DNA of 64,000 bases from an uncultured bacterium (lineage in GTDB: Bacteria; Krumholzibacteriota; Krumholzibacteriia; LZORAL124-64-63), in the NCBI GenBank assembly GCA_963732385.1, contig CAVSZB010000003.1:416001-480000 (forward strand). Reading direction: 5' to 3'. This document shows positions 56,842 to 64,000 of the stretch, one piece after another (the stretch's first letter is position 1; the number at the start of each line of letters is the position of its first letter). Below the pieces are notes generated by a model. That model made no database searches. It had not been told where the DNA came from and saw only the letters and a list, made by a program, of their open reading frames with translations. The position numbers and the translations under genes are program-made.

Positions 56842-58338
56842 GTGACAACCGCGACCCTGGTGATCCCGGCCCTGGTGCTGGTGCCGCTGCTCGGCGGCAT
56901 CGGCGCTCTCATGATCCGGAGCGACCGCTCGCGGCGGGCTCTGCTCGCGGGGGCGGCCGCTGTCCATCTGTTGCTGACGGCGCTGTCGGGGCAGGCCGCT
57001 CCGGTGCTCGGGAACTGGCTCGTGCTCGACCCTCTGGGCCGCCTGTTCCTTGGCATCGTCAGCACGCTGTTCCTGGCTGCGGCGCTCTATGCCATCGGCT
57101 ATCTCGCGCGCGAAACCGGCACCGCCGACGACCGCCGCCGTGTCCTGGAAGAGGACGCGCTGTTCAGCAACGCGCCGGAAGCAGTGTTTACCGGCTGTCT
57201 GCTGTGCTTCCTGGCCACGATGACACTCGTCTGCGTGAGCAACCATCTCGGCATCCTCTGGGTCGCTGTGGAGGCGACGACGCTGGCCAGTGCGCCGCTG
57301 ATCTATTTTCACCGTCACCACCGCTCGCTGGAGGCCGCCTGGAAGTACCTGCTCATCTGTTCGATCGGTATCGCGCTGGCGCTGCTCGGCAACTTCCTGC
57401 TCGCCGTGGCGACCAAGAGCTCGCCGGGAGGAGAAATTCCGCTGCGCCTCGACCTGCTGCTGCCTGCCGCGGCCTCGTTCCAGCCGATGTGGCTTAAGGC
57501 CGCCTTCATCTTCCTGCTCATCGGCTACGGCACGAAGATGGGACTGGCGCCGCTGCACACCTGGCTGCCCGACGCGCACAGTGAGTCCCCCTCGCTCGTG
57601 TCGGCGCTGCTCTCGGGCGCCCTGCTGAACTGCGCGTTCCTCGGTGTGCTGCGGGCCCTGCAGGTTCTGGCGGCCGCCGGGCTCGCGCCGTTCGGGCAGC
57701 AGTTGCTCGTCGGCTTCGGCCTGTTCTCGATGGGGCTCGCCGCCGCGTTCATCCTCGGTCAGCACGACTACAAGAGGATGCTTGCCTACTCCAGCGTCGA
57801 GCACATGGGGATCCTGGCGCTGGGCGTGGGGCTGGGCGGCGGGGCCGTGTTCGGCGCGCTGTTCCACGCCGTCAACCATTCGCTGATCAAAGGGATGCTG
57901 TTTCTTGTGGCGGGCAACATCCTTACCGTCACGCGCACCAAGACGATCGCAGAGGTCCGCGGGCTGTCGCGCACGCTGCCAGTCTCCGGGGCGCTCTGGC
58001 TGGCCGGCTTCTTCGCCATCACCGGCACCCCGCCGTTCGGCACCTTTCTGAGCGAATTCACGATCCTCAAGGCCGCGGTCGATGGTGGGCGCACCGGCGT
58101 GGCGATCGCCTGCCTGATCGCACTCGCGGTGGTTTTCATCGGCATGTGCGGGATCGTGCTCCGGATGGTGCAGGGACGCCCGTCGACCGCAGCCGCGGCC
58201 CCGGTTCGCGAGCCGTGGCTGGCGCTGGCGCCGCCGGCCCTGCTCGGTCTCCTCGGACTGGCGCTGGGCCTGTACCTGCCGCCGTTTTTCGAACAGCTTC
58301 TGAGGGACGCTGCGCGGCTGCTGGAGGGGCTGTCGTGA
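56842..58338 (+). CDS. Ehr/Hyf membrane antiporter-like subunit, HyfF-like
   Basis: WVAVEATTLASAPL, SLEAAWKY, GYGTKMGLAPLHTWLPDAHSE, KRMLAYSSVEH. Confidence 0.9.
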   Translation: MTTATLVIPALVLVPLLGGIGALMIRSDRSRRALLAGAAAVHLLLTALSGQAAPVLGNWLVLDPLGRLFLGIVSTLFLAAALYAIGYLARETGTADDRRRVLEEDALFSNAPEAVFTGCLLCFLATMTLVCVSNHLGILWVAVEATTLASAPLIYFHRHHRSLEAAWKYLLICSIGIALALLGNFLLAVATKSSPGGEIPLRLDLLLPAAASFQPMWLKAAFIFLLIGYGTKMGLAPLHTWLPDAHSESPSLVSALLSGALLNCAFLGVLRALQVLAAAGLAPFGQQLLVGFGLFSMGLAAAFILGQHDYKRMLAYSSVEHMGILALGVGLGGGAVFGALFHAVNHSLIKGMLFLVAGNILTVTRTKTIAEVRGLSRTLPVSGALWLAGFFAITGTPPFGTFLSEFTILKAAVDGGRTGVAIACLIALAVVFIGMCGIVLRMVQGRPSTAAAAPVREPWLALAPPALLGLLGLALGLYLPPFFEQLLRDAARLLEGLS

Positions 58339-59813
58339 GCCGCGGCGACTATCTGGGCCTGCGCAACGGCGAGGCGGCGCGTCGGGCCGACCTGCCGGTC
58401 GTGCCTTTCCAGGCCTTCCGCCGCCAGGTCTGCGAGATGGTGGCTCACGGGGCGCGTCTGGCGGCGCTGTTCGTGGCGCCGACGCCCGACGGGAGGCGGC
58501 GCCTGCATGCGGTGGTGGCCCAGGCGTCGGTCGGGGAGATCCGGCTGCTCAGCGCTGATCCGGGCGATACGTTCGAATCGTTGACCCCGGACTGTTCCCA
58601 GGCGCAGGGCTTCGAGCGGGAGATCGCGGAGCAGTGGGGCCTGCATCCCGTCGGCCATCCGTGGTTGAAGCCGCTGCGCGTCCATTCGACCACACCCCCG
58701 TCCGACGGCGACTTCTTCCGGGTGGAGGGGGCGGAGGTGCACGAGGTGGCCGTCGGGCCGGTGCACGCCGGAATCATCGAGCCGGGCCACTTCCGATTCC
58801 AGTGTCATGGCGAAGAGGTGCTGCACCTCGAGATTGCGCTCGGCTACCAGCATCGTGGCATCGAGCGGACGCTGGTCGGCGGTCCCGGCCCCCGCACACC
58901 GCACTACATGGAAACCGTCGCCGGAGACAGCACCGTGGCGCACGCCATCGCCTATGGACTGGGGGTGGAGGGGTTGGCTGACGCGCGGGTGCCGGCTCGC
59001 GCCGAGGCGTTACGCGCGATCGGACTCGAGCTGGAGCGCCTGGCCAACCACGCCGGCGATCTGGGCGCGCTCGCCGGCGACGTCGGTTACCTGCCGACCG
59101 CGTCGTACTGCGGGCGGCTGCGCGGCGACCTGCTGAACCTGACGGCCCGGCTGTGCGGAAACCGCTTCGGACGCGGACTGGTCCGGCCGGGCGGCGTCGG
59201 TTTCGATCTTGAAGGGCCGCGTGCCGCGACGGTGCTGGAGAATCTCGAGCAGGTGTTCCGGGATCTTACGGCGGCGGTCGAGCTGCTTTGGGAGACGCCG
59301 TCGGTCATGGCGCGCTTCGAAGACACGGGCAACGTGACGAGGGCCGACGCGCTGCGCCTCGGTCTGGTGGGCGTGGCGGCGCGGGCCAGCGGCGTGGAGG
59401 CCGATGTGCGCACCGATTTCCCGGCCGGGCTCTATGGCTTCGCCAGCCTGCCGCCCGCCACCTGGGACACGGGAGACGTGCTGGCGCGCGCTTTCGTGCG
59501 CTGGCTGGAGATCCGTCGCTCGGTCGATTTTTTGCGGGAACAGCTGCGGGCGCTGCCGGGCGGGCCGCTCCGGGCGCCGGTCGGGTCGACGAAACCGGAG
59601 CGGATCGTGGTCTCGCTCGTGGAGGGCTGGCGAGGCGCCGTCTGCCATGTGGCGCTCACCGACGCGGGCGGGAGTTTCGCGGCCTACAGGATCGTCGATC
59701 CGTCGTTCGCCAACTGGCCCGGCCTGGCCCTGGCCATGAGGGGTCAGCAGATTTCCGATTTTCCGCTCTGCAACAAGAGCTTCAACCTGTCCTACTGCGG
59801 CCATGATCTGTGA
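58335..59813 (+). CDS. Ehr large subunit (HyfG/HycE, NuoCD-like) lacking NiFe-binding cysteines
   Basis: VGPVHAGIIEPGHFRF, ELERLANH, VEGWRG; the L1 region reads ETVAGDS and the L2 region reads DFPLCNKSFNLSYCGHDL, with no CxxC pairs. Confidence 0.9.
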   Translation: MSRGDYLGLRNGEAARRADLPVVPFQAFRRQVCEMVAHGARLAALFVAPTPDGRRRLHAVVAQASVGEIRLLSADPGDTFESLTPDCSQAQGFEREIAEQWGLHPVGHPWLKPLRVHSTTPPSDGDFFRVEGAEVHEVAVGPVHAGIIEPGHFRFQCHGEEVLHLEIALGYQHRGIERTLVGGPGPRTPHYMETVAGDSTVAHAIAYGLGVEGLADARVPARAEALRAIGLELERLANHAGDLGALAGDVGYLPTASYCGRLRGDLLNLTARLCGNRFGRGLVRPGGVGFDLEGPRAATVLENLEQVFRDLTAAVELLWETPSVMARFEDTGNVTRADALRLGLVGVAARASGVEADVRTDFPAGLYGFASLPPATWDTGDVLARAFVRWLEIRRSVDFLREQLRALPGGPLRAPVGSTKPERIVVSLVEGWRGAVCHVALTDAGGSFAAYRIVDPSFANWPGLALAMRGQQISDFPLCNKSFNLSYCGHDL

Positions 59814-59822
59814 GGCGAGAAG

Positions 59823-60623
59823 ATGCTGAAGATTCTGCGCACCCGCCTCGGCCAGGGGCACCGCACGCTGGCCTGGCCGGACCGGGAGCCGGAGCTTTCG
59901 GATCGGTTCCGCGGCCGGCCGGTGATCGACGCTGCCGCGTGCGCGCCGGAATGCAATCGCTGCGTGGCGGCTTGTCCGACCGGGGCCATCCTGGCGGCGG
60001 GCAGCCGCGCGGTGAGCGTCGATCTCGGACGTTGCCTGTTCTGCGCCGACTGCGTGGATGCCTGTCCCGCCGGGGCGATCCGCCACGCCGCGGACTACCG
60101 GCTCGCCGCCTCGCGGCGCGAAGATCTCGTGGTCGGGGCGGCCGGACCGGCCACGCCGCCGCCGATCCGCCTCGACGCGGAGTGCCGTCGTCTGTTCGGC
60201 CGTTCCCTGCGTCTGCGCCAGGTTAGCGCCGGCGGCTGCAACGCCTGCGAGGCGGACACGAATGTCCTGTCCACCATCGCGTACGACCTTGGCCGGTTCG
60301 GTATCCGGTTCACGGCATCGCCGCGCCACGCCGACGGCCTGCTGATCACCGGTCCGGTCACGGAGAACATGCGGGCGGCCCTGTTAGCGACCTGGGAGGC
60401 GGTGCCGTCGCCGCGATTCGTGATCGCCGTCGGCGCCTGTGCGATCTCGGGCGGTCCGTTCGCCGGCCATGTGGAGGTGCATGGCGGAGCGGGGAGTTGC
60501 CTGCCGGTCGATCTGCACGTTCCGGGCTGTCCGCCGCACCCGCTGACCATCCTCGATGGGTTGTTGCGTCTGCTCGGCCGGTTGCCGGCGCCGCCGGAAG
60601 CAATGCCTGGCGACGGCCGCTGA
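59823..60623 (+). CDS. Ehr small subunit: 2x[4Fe-4S] ferredoxin fused to a HyfI/NuoB-like domain
   Basis: C...C..C...CP and CLFCADCVDACP; VSAGGCNACE, ASPRHADGL..TGPV, VGACAISGG, PGCPPHP. Confidence 0.9.
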   Translation: MLKILRTRLGQGHRTLAWPDREPELSDRFRGRPVIDAAACAPECNRCVAACPTGAILAAGSRAVSVDLGRCLFCADCVDACPAGAIRHAADYRLAASRREDLVVGAAGPATPPPIRLDAECRRLFGRSLRLRQVSAGGCNACEADTNVLSTIAYDLGRFGIRFTASPRHADGLLITGPVTENMRAALLATWEAVPSPRFVIAVGACAISGGPFAGHVEVHGGAGSCLPVDLHVPGCPPHPLTILDGLLRLLGRLPAPPEAMPGDGR

Positions 60624-60656
60624 CGGTTCTCCCGCGGCGCAGGCGCTCCCGACCGC

Positions 60657-61316
60657 TCAGCCGGAACCGGCGCGCCCCACATATTCGTAGACCGCCCAGA
60701 AGTGGCAGCAGGTTCCCGCGAGCACGAACAGGTGCCAGACCGCGTGGTGGTACTTCATGCCGCGCCAAAGGTAGAACACGGTGCCGCCCGAATAGAAGAG
60801 CCCCCCGGCGAGCAGCCAGAGCAGGCCGGGGCCGGGAACGCTGTGGAGCAGTGGTTTCGTGGCCACGGCGCAGAGCCAGCCCATCCCGAGGTAGATAAGA
60901 GTCGAGACGAGCTTGAACCGTCCCGCGAACCAGACCTTGAACACGATCCCGCCGACGGCCAGTCCCCACACCACCCCGAACATGCTCCAGCCCCACGGCC
61001 CGCGCAGGCTGACCAGCAAAAATGGCGTGTAGCTGCCGGCGATCAGCAGGTAGATCGCGCCATGGTCCAGGATCTTGAAGACCCTTCGGGCGCGCGGCGG
61101 TTTCAGGGCGTGGTAGAGCGTGGAGGAGGTGTAGAGCACGACCATCGTCGCGCCGAAGACGGCGAAGCTGACGATCTGCCACGGATCGTCCGCGCGGACG
61201 GCTCGCACCACCAGAAGCACCAGGCCCACGATGCTGAGCGCGACTCCCAGGCCGTGCGTGATGCTGTGCGCGATCTCCTCGCCCAGCGAATAGTGCGCCA
61301 GCCGGCGCTCCGCCAT
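60657..61316 (-). CDS. Hemolysin III / PAQR family membrane protein (TrhA/YqfA-like)
   Basis: EEIAHSITHG, SSTLYH, LDHGAIYLLIAGSYTP, HHAVWHLFVL. Confidence 0.93.
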   Translation of the reverse strand: MAERRLAHYSLGEEIAHSITHGLGVALSIVGLVLLVVRAVRADDPWQIVSFAVFGATMVVLYTSSTLYHALKPPRARRVFKILDHGAIYLLIAGSYTPFLLVSLRGPWGWSMFGVVWGLAVGGIVFKVWFAGRFKLVSTLIYLGMGWLCAVATKPLLHSVPGPGLLWLLAGGLFYSGGTVFYLWRGMKYHHAVWHLFVLAGTCCHFWAVYEYVGRAGSG

Positions 61317-61353
61317 TGTCAACCTCCGTCGGGCGGTCCGTCGCCGTCCGTTT

Positions 61354-62640
61354 CTAGTGCAGGCCCAGCAGTCGGTCCAGATAACGCGATCGCACCTGCT
61401 CACGCGCCAGCGTGCGCTTGACTGGCGGCAGGTTGAGGATCGCGCCGAACACCGCCGCCAGGGCGCGATGGCTCCAGAGGGCGCGGTTGTCCCAGATGAG
61501 ATGCTGCAGCTTGCCGCGCTCGATCGCCATCGCCACGTAACGGTGGGCGGAGGTGGCGGGGGTGATCACCCGCGCGGCACGCTGTTTCAGCTGCAGGGAG
61601 CCCGGCGCGCAGTGTCGCACGCACACTCCGCAGCCGAGGCAGATCTGTTCGTCGACGACCGCCCGCCGCCGTTTCGGCCGGGCGGGATCTGACGCGCCCG
61701 CCAGGCTCAGCGCCGCCACCGGGCAGACTCCGACGCATTTTCCGCAACCGGTGCAGAGGTCTGCCGTCACGGTGGGCAGGTAGTTGGTCGTATGCACCGG
61801 CTGCAGGATGGCGAAGCGCTTCGCCGCGAGCATCGCCTCGCAGCAGCAGCCGCAGCAGTTGCAGATGAAACTCACGTGTCTTTTCACGTTCTCGCCGAAC
61901 TGCACGAGGTCGGCTTCGCGGGCCTGCTGCAGCAGGTCGTGTCCCTCGGCCGGATCGACACGGCGCGCGTGTCCGTGCCGGATCAGCGAATCGGCCGTGG
62001 CGCCGAAGGTCATGCAGATGTCCTGGGGCGCGTCGCAGGCGCGTTCGAGGTGCTGCATCTTGTGTCGGCAGTAGCAGAGCCCGACACCCATATGGCGCGC
62101 CGTGGCGACGACCTCGCTGGCGCGTTCGTAGTCCAGCACGTGCAGGGTGTTGTCATCCGTAAGCGCGGTTTCGTGCACGAAAATGCGCCCGAGCTGCGTA
62201 GTGCCGTCGGTGAAGAGCGCGCGGATGAAGGTCTCGTCCCGCGTGACGTACTCGTTGAACAGCTCGCTGAGCAGCTTCTGGTCGAGATCTCCCCGCGTGC
62301 GCATCATGGAAAACTCGAAGAAGCCGGCCATGGGCGGCGGCAAAACGTAGAGAGTCGCGTTCCCGCGGCCCTTCATATCGACGAGCATGGCGCGGTCGGC
62401 GAGCGAGTCGAGAATCTTCTGCGTTTCCGCCTCGGGGAGATTCCAGCGACGCGCAGCCTGGGCAGCCGTGAATGGCTTCAGCGGCAGAAGGGAAAGCAGC
62501 CCCGCCTCCCGCTCGTCGACGAGCAGGCGGAGGATCCGGAACAGCAGCTCTGACGGCGGCGCGCCCTGGGGGAAGCGGTTGAGCCGATCGCTCAGGTCTT
62601 CGTAGCCCGACTTCAGGGTGTGGTGGGCCATGGTCGCCAT
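61354..62640 (-). CDS. Uncharacterised 4Fe-4S dicluster protein with an additional Cys-rich motif
   Basis: CYCRH...C...ICM, FICNCCGCCC, CTGCGKCVGVCP, CLGCGVCVRHC. Confidence 0.85.
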   Translation of the reverse strand: MATMAHHTLKSGYEDLSDRLNRFPQGAPPSELLFRILRLLVDEREAGLLSLLPLKPFTAAQAARRWNLPEAETQKILDSLADRAMLVDMKGRGNATLYVLPPPMAGFFEFSMMRTRGDLDQKLLSELFNEYVTRDETFIRALFTDGTTQLGRIFVHETALTDDNTLHVLDYERASEVVATARHMGVGLCYCRHKMQHLERACDAPQDICMTFGATADSLIRHGHARRVDPAEGHDLLQQAREADLVQFGENVKRHVSFICNCCGCCCEAMLAAKRFAILQPVHTTNYLPTVTADLCTGCGKCVGVCPVAALSLAGASDPARPKRRRAVVDEQICLGCGVCVRHCAPGSLQLKQRAARVITPATSAHRYVAMAIERGKLQHLIWDNRALWSHRALAAVFGAILNLPPVKRTLAREQVRSRYLDRLLGLH

Positions 62641-62859
62641 GCCTCGGGGGTTGGTCGCGTTACCGACGACATTCTAGCGCGGCGCGGGATGGATGGCCAA
62701 GGCATGATCAAGCCTGCGGCAGGGCGGCCGGGAGGCCCCCAGACGTTGGCTGCCGGCGGCGGCGCGGAGAATCGCCCCGCGCGGGTTGCGCCGGAGGCCA
62801 TCAACGCATTGATTAAGGACTCTCACCACCATCATCAGATCCCCGGCAAAGGCAGGCCC

Positions 62860-64000
62860 ATGGAGATCCGCAACGTCGCCATCATCGCTCATGTGGACCA
62901 CGGCAAGACCACCCTGGTGGATCAGATCCTCCAGCAGTGCCACGTCTTCCGGCAGGGTCAGCAGGTGCGCGAGCGGTATCTCGACTCCAATGATCTCGAG
63001 CGCGAGCGGGGGATCACGATCACGGCCAAGAACTTCGCCGTCACCTACAACGGTGTTCGCATCAACCTGATCGACACCCCCGGGCACTCGGACTTCGGTG
63101 GTGAGGTGGAGCGGGTCCTGATGATGGCGGACGGGGTCCTGCTGCTGGTGGACGCCTTCGAGGGTCCCATGCCGCAGACCCGCTTCGTCCTGCAGAAGGC
63201 GTTGGAGTTGAATCTCAAGCCGGTGGTCGTCATCAACAAGGTGGATCGCAAGGATTCGCGTCCGCATGAGGTGCTCGACGAGGTGTTCAACCTTTTCTGC
63301 GAGCTCAAGGCGACCGACGAGCAGCTCGACTTCCGCGGTGTCTACGCCGCCGGGCGCGACGGCTGGGCCGTGGGCGAGCTGGGCGACGAAAGGCGCGACC
63401 TTGCGCCACTGCTCGACATGATCATCGCCCACGTGCCGCCGCCCCGGGTGCAGGAGGGGCCGCTGCAGATGCTGGTGGCCGCCATGGACCACAGCGATTA
63501 CGTGGGGCGGATCGGCGTGGGGCGCATCATGCGCGGGCGTCTGCGGGCGCGCGACATGGTCGCCCTGCTCAAGCGCGACGGCAGTCAGGCCAATGCGATC
63601 GCGAAGCAGCTCTATGTGTTCGACAATCTCGGCCGACGCGAGGTGACGGAAGTGGAGTGCGGCGACATCTGCGCCGTGGTCGGCCTCGACAACGTGGACA
63701 TCGGTGACACCCTGGCCGATCCCCTGCACCCCGAGCCGCTGCCGGTGATCGCCGTGGACGAGCCGACGCTCAGCATGAGCTTCATGGTCAACGACGGCCC
63801 GTTCTTCGGGCAGGATGGCAAGTACGTCACGAGCCGTCAGCTGCGGGACCGTCTTTTGCGGGAGTCGGAGCGCGACGTCGCCCTGCGCGTGGAGGATACG
63901 GCCACGTCCGACACGTTTCGCGTGAGCGGGCGGGGCATCCTGCACCTGTCGATCCTGATGGAGACCATGCGACGCGAAGGTTATGAGTTCATGGTCGGAC
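62860..64000 (+). CDS. typA: Translational GTPase TypA/BipA (3' end outside window)
   Basis: Translated manually: [94 protein letters not shown]. Confidence 0.96.
   Translation, partial: MEIRNVAIIAHVDHGKTTLVDQILQQCHVFRQGQQVRERYLDSNDLERERGITITAKNFAVTYNGVRINLIDTPGHSDFGGEVERVLMMADGVLLLVDAFEGPMPQTRFVLQKALELNLKPVVVINKVDRKDSRPHEVLDEVFNLFCELKATDEQLDFRGVYAAGRDGWAVGELGDERRDLAPLLDMIIAHVPPPRVQEGPLQMLVAAMDHSDYVGRIGVGRIMRGRLRARDMVALLKRDGSQANAIAKQLYVFDNLGRREVTEVECGDICAVVGLDNVDIGDTLADPLHPEPLPVIAVDEPTLSMSFMVNDGPFFGQDGKYVTSRQLRDRLLRESERDVALRVEDTATSDTFRVSGRGILHLSILMETMRREGYEFMVG

Noticed and set aside
58335..59813. Group 4 [NiFe]-hydrogenase / formate hydrogenlyase call
   Set aside because: Both Ni-binding CxxC motifs are missing, and no maturation or fdh genes are nearby
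60657..61316. Hemolysin as a virulence toxin
   Set aside because: The hemolysin III/PAQR family is a widespread membrane-homeostasis protein family

Overview
High-GC chromosomal window from a diderm, probably anaerobic bacterium. FlgD/T9SS-like C-terminal domains, a PorV-family gene and TonB-dependent receptors point to the FCB supergroup (a Latescibacterota/Krumholzibacteriota/Eisenbacteria-like lineage); this is inference, not a database match. Left part, in order: rnfCDGEA operon (cut by the window edge), ptb and a degenerate-Pta::butyrate-kinase fusion, an L,D-transpeptidase::MurC/Mpl fusion, a Tro/Mnt metal ABC transporter, two GT-C glycosyltransferase-like genes, galK and a large LVIVD-repeat secreted protein. 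Middle part: a pdaD-speD-speE-speB polyamine operon, an orphan behind a sigma28-like promoter, an amidase, Ub-Mut7C, a 5-gene TonB-receptor/PorV cassette, a nucleoside operon (variant rpiB, dNK, add, PNP, Zn peptidase, tpiA), M16/M1/PepD peptidases and OmpA. Right part: a basic wHTH nucleoid-protein candidate, an RRM protein, an RluA-family synthase, a Xis-HTH/EIIA regulator with an Ehr (hydrogenase-related, Ni-less) complex, hemolysin III, a polyferredoxin-like protein and the 5' part of typA. I saw no rRNA, tRNA, CRISPR array or transposase. The strongest novelty candidates are the pseudo-Pta::Buk fusion, the LDT::Mur ligase fusion, the RpiB carrying an encapsulation-peptide-like extension and a Cys-to-Asp change, the TonB/PorV cassette, the Rok-like protein and the 10-bp-phased operator upstream of the Ehr regulator. 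All product calls come from motif recognition by eye; no searches were run.
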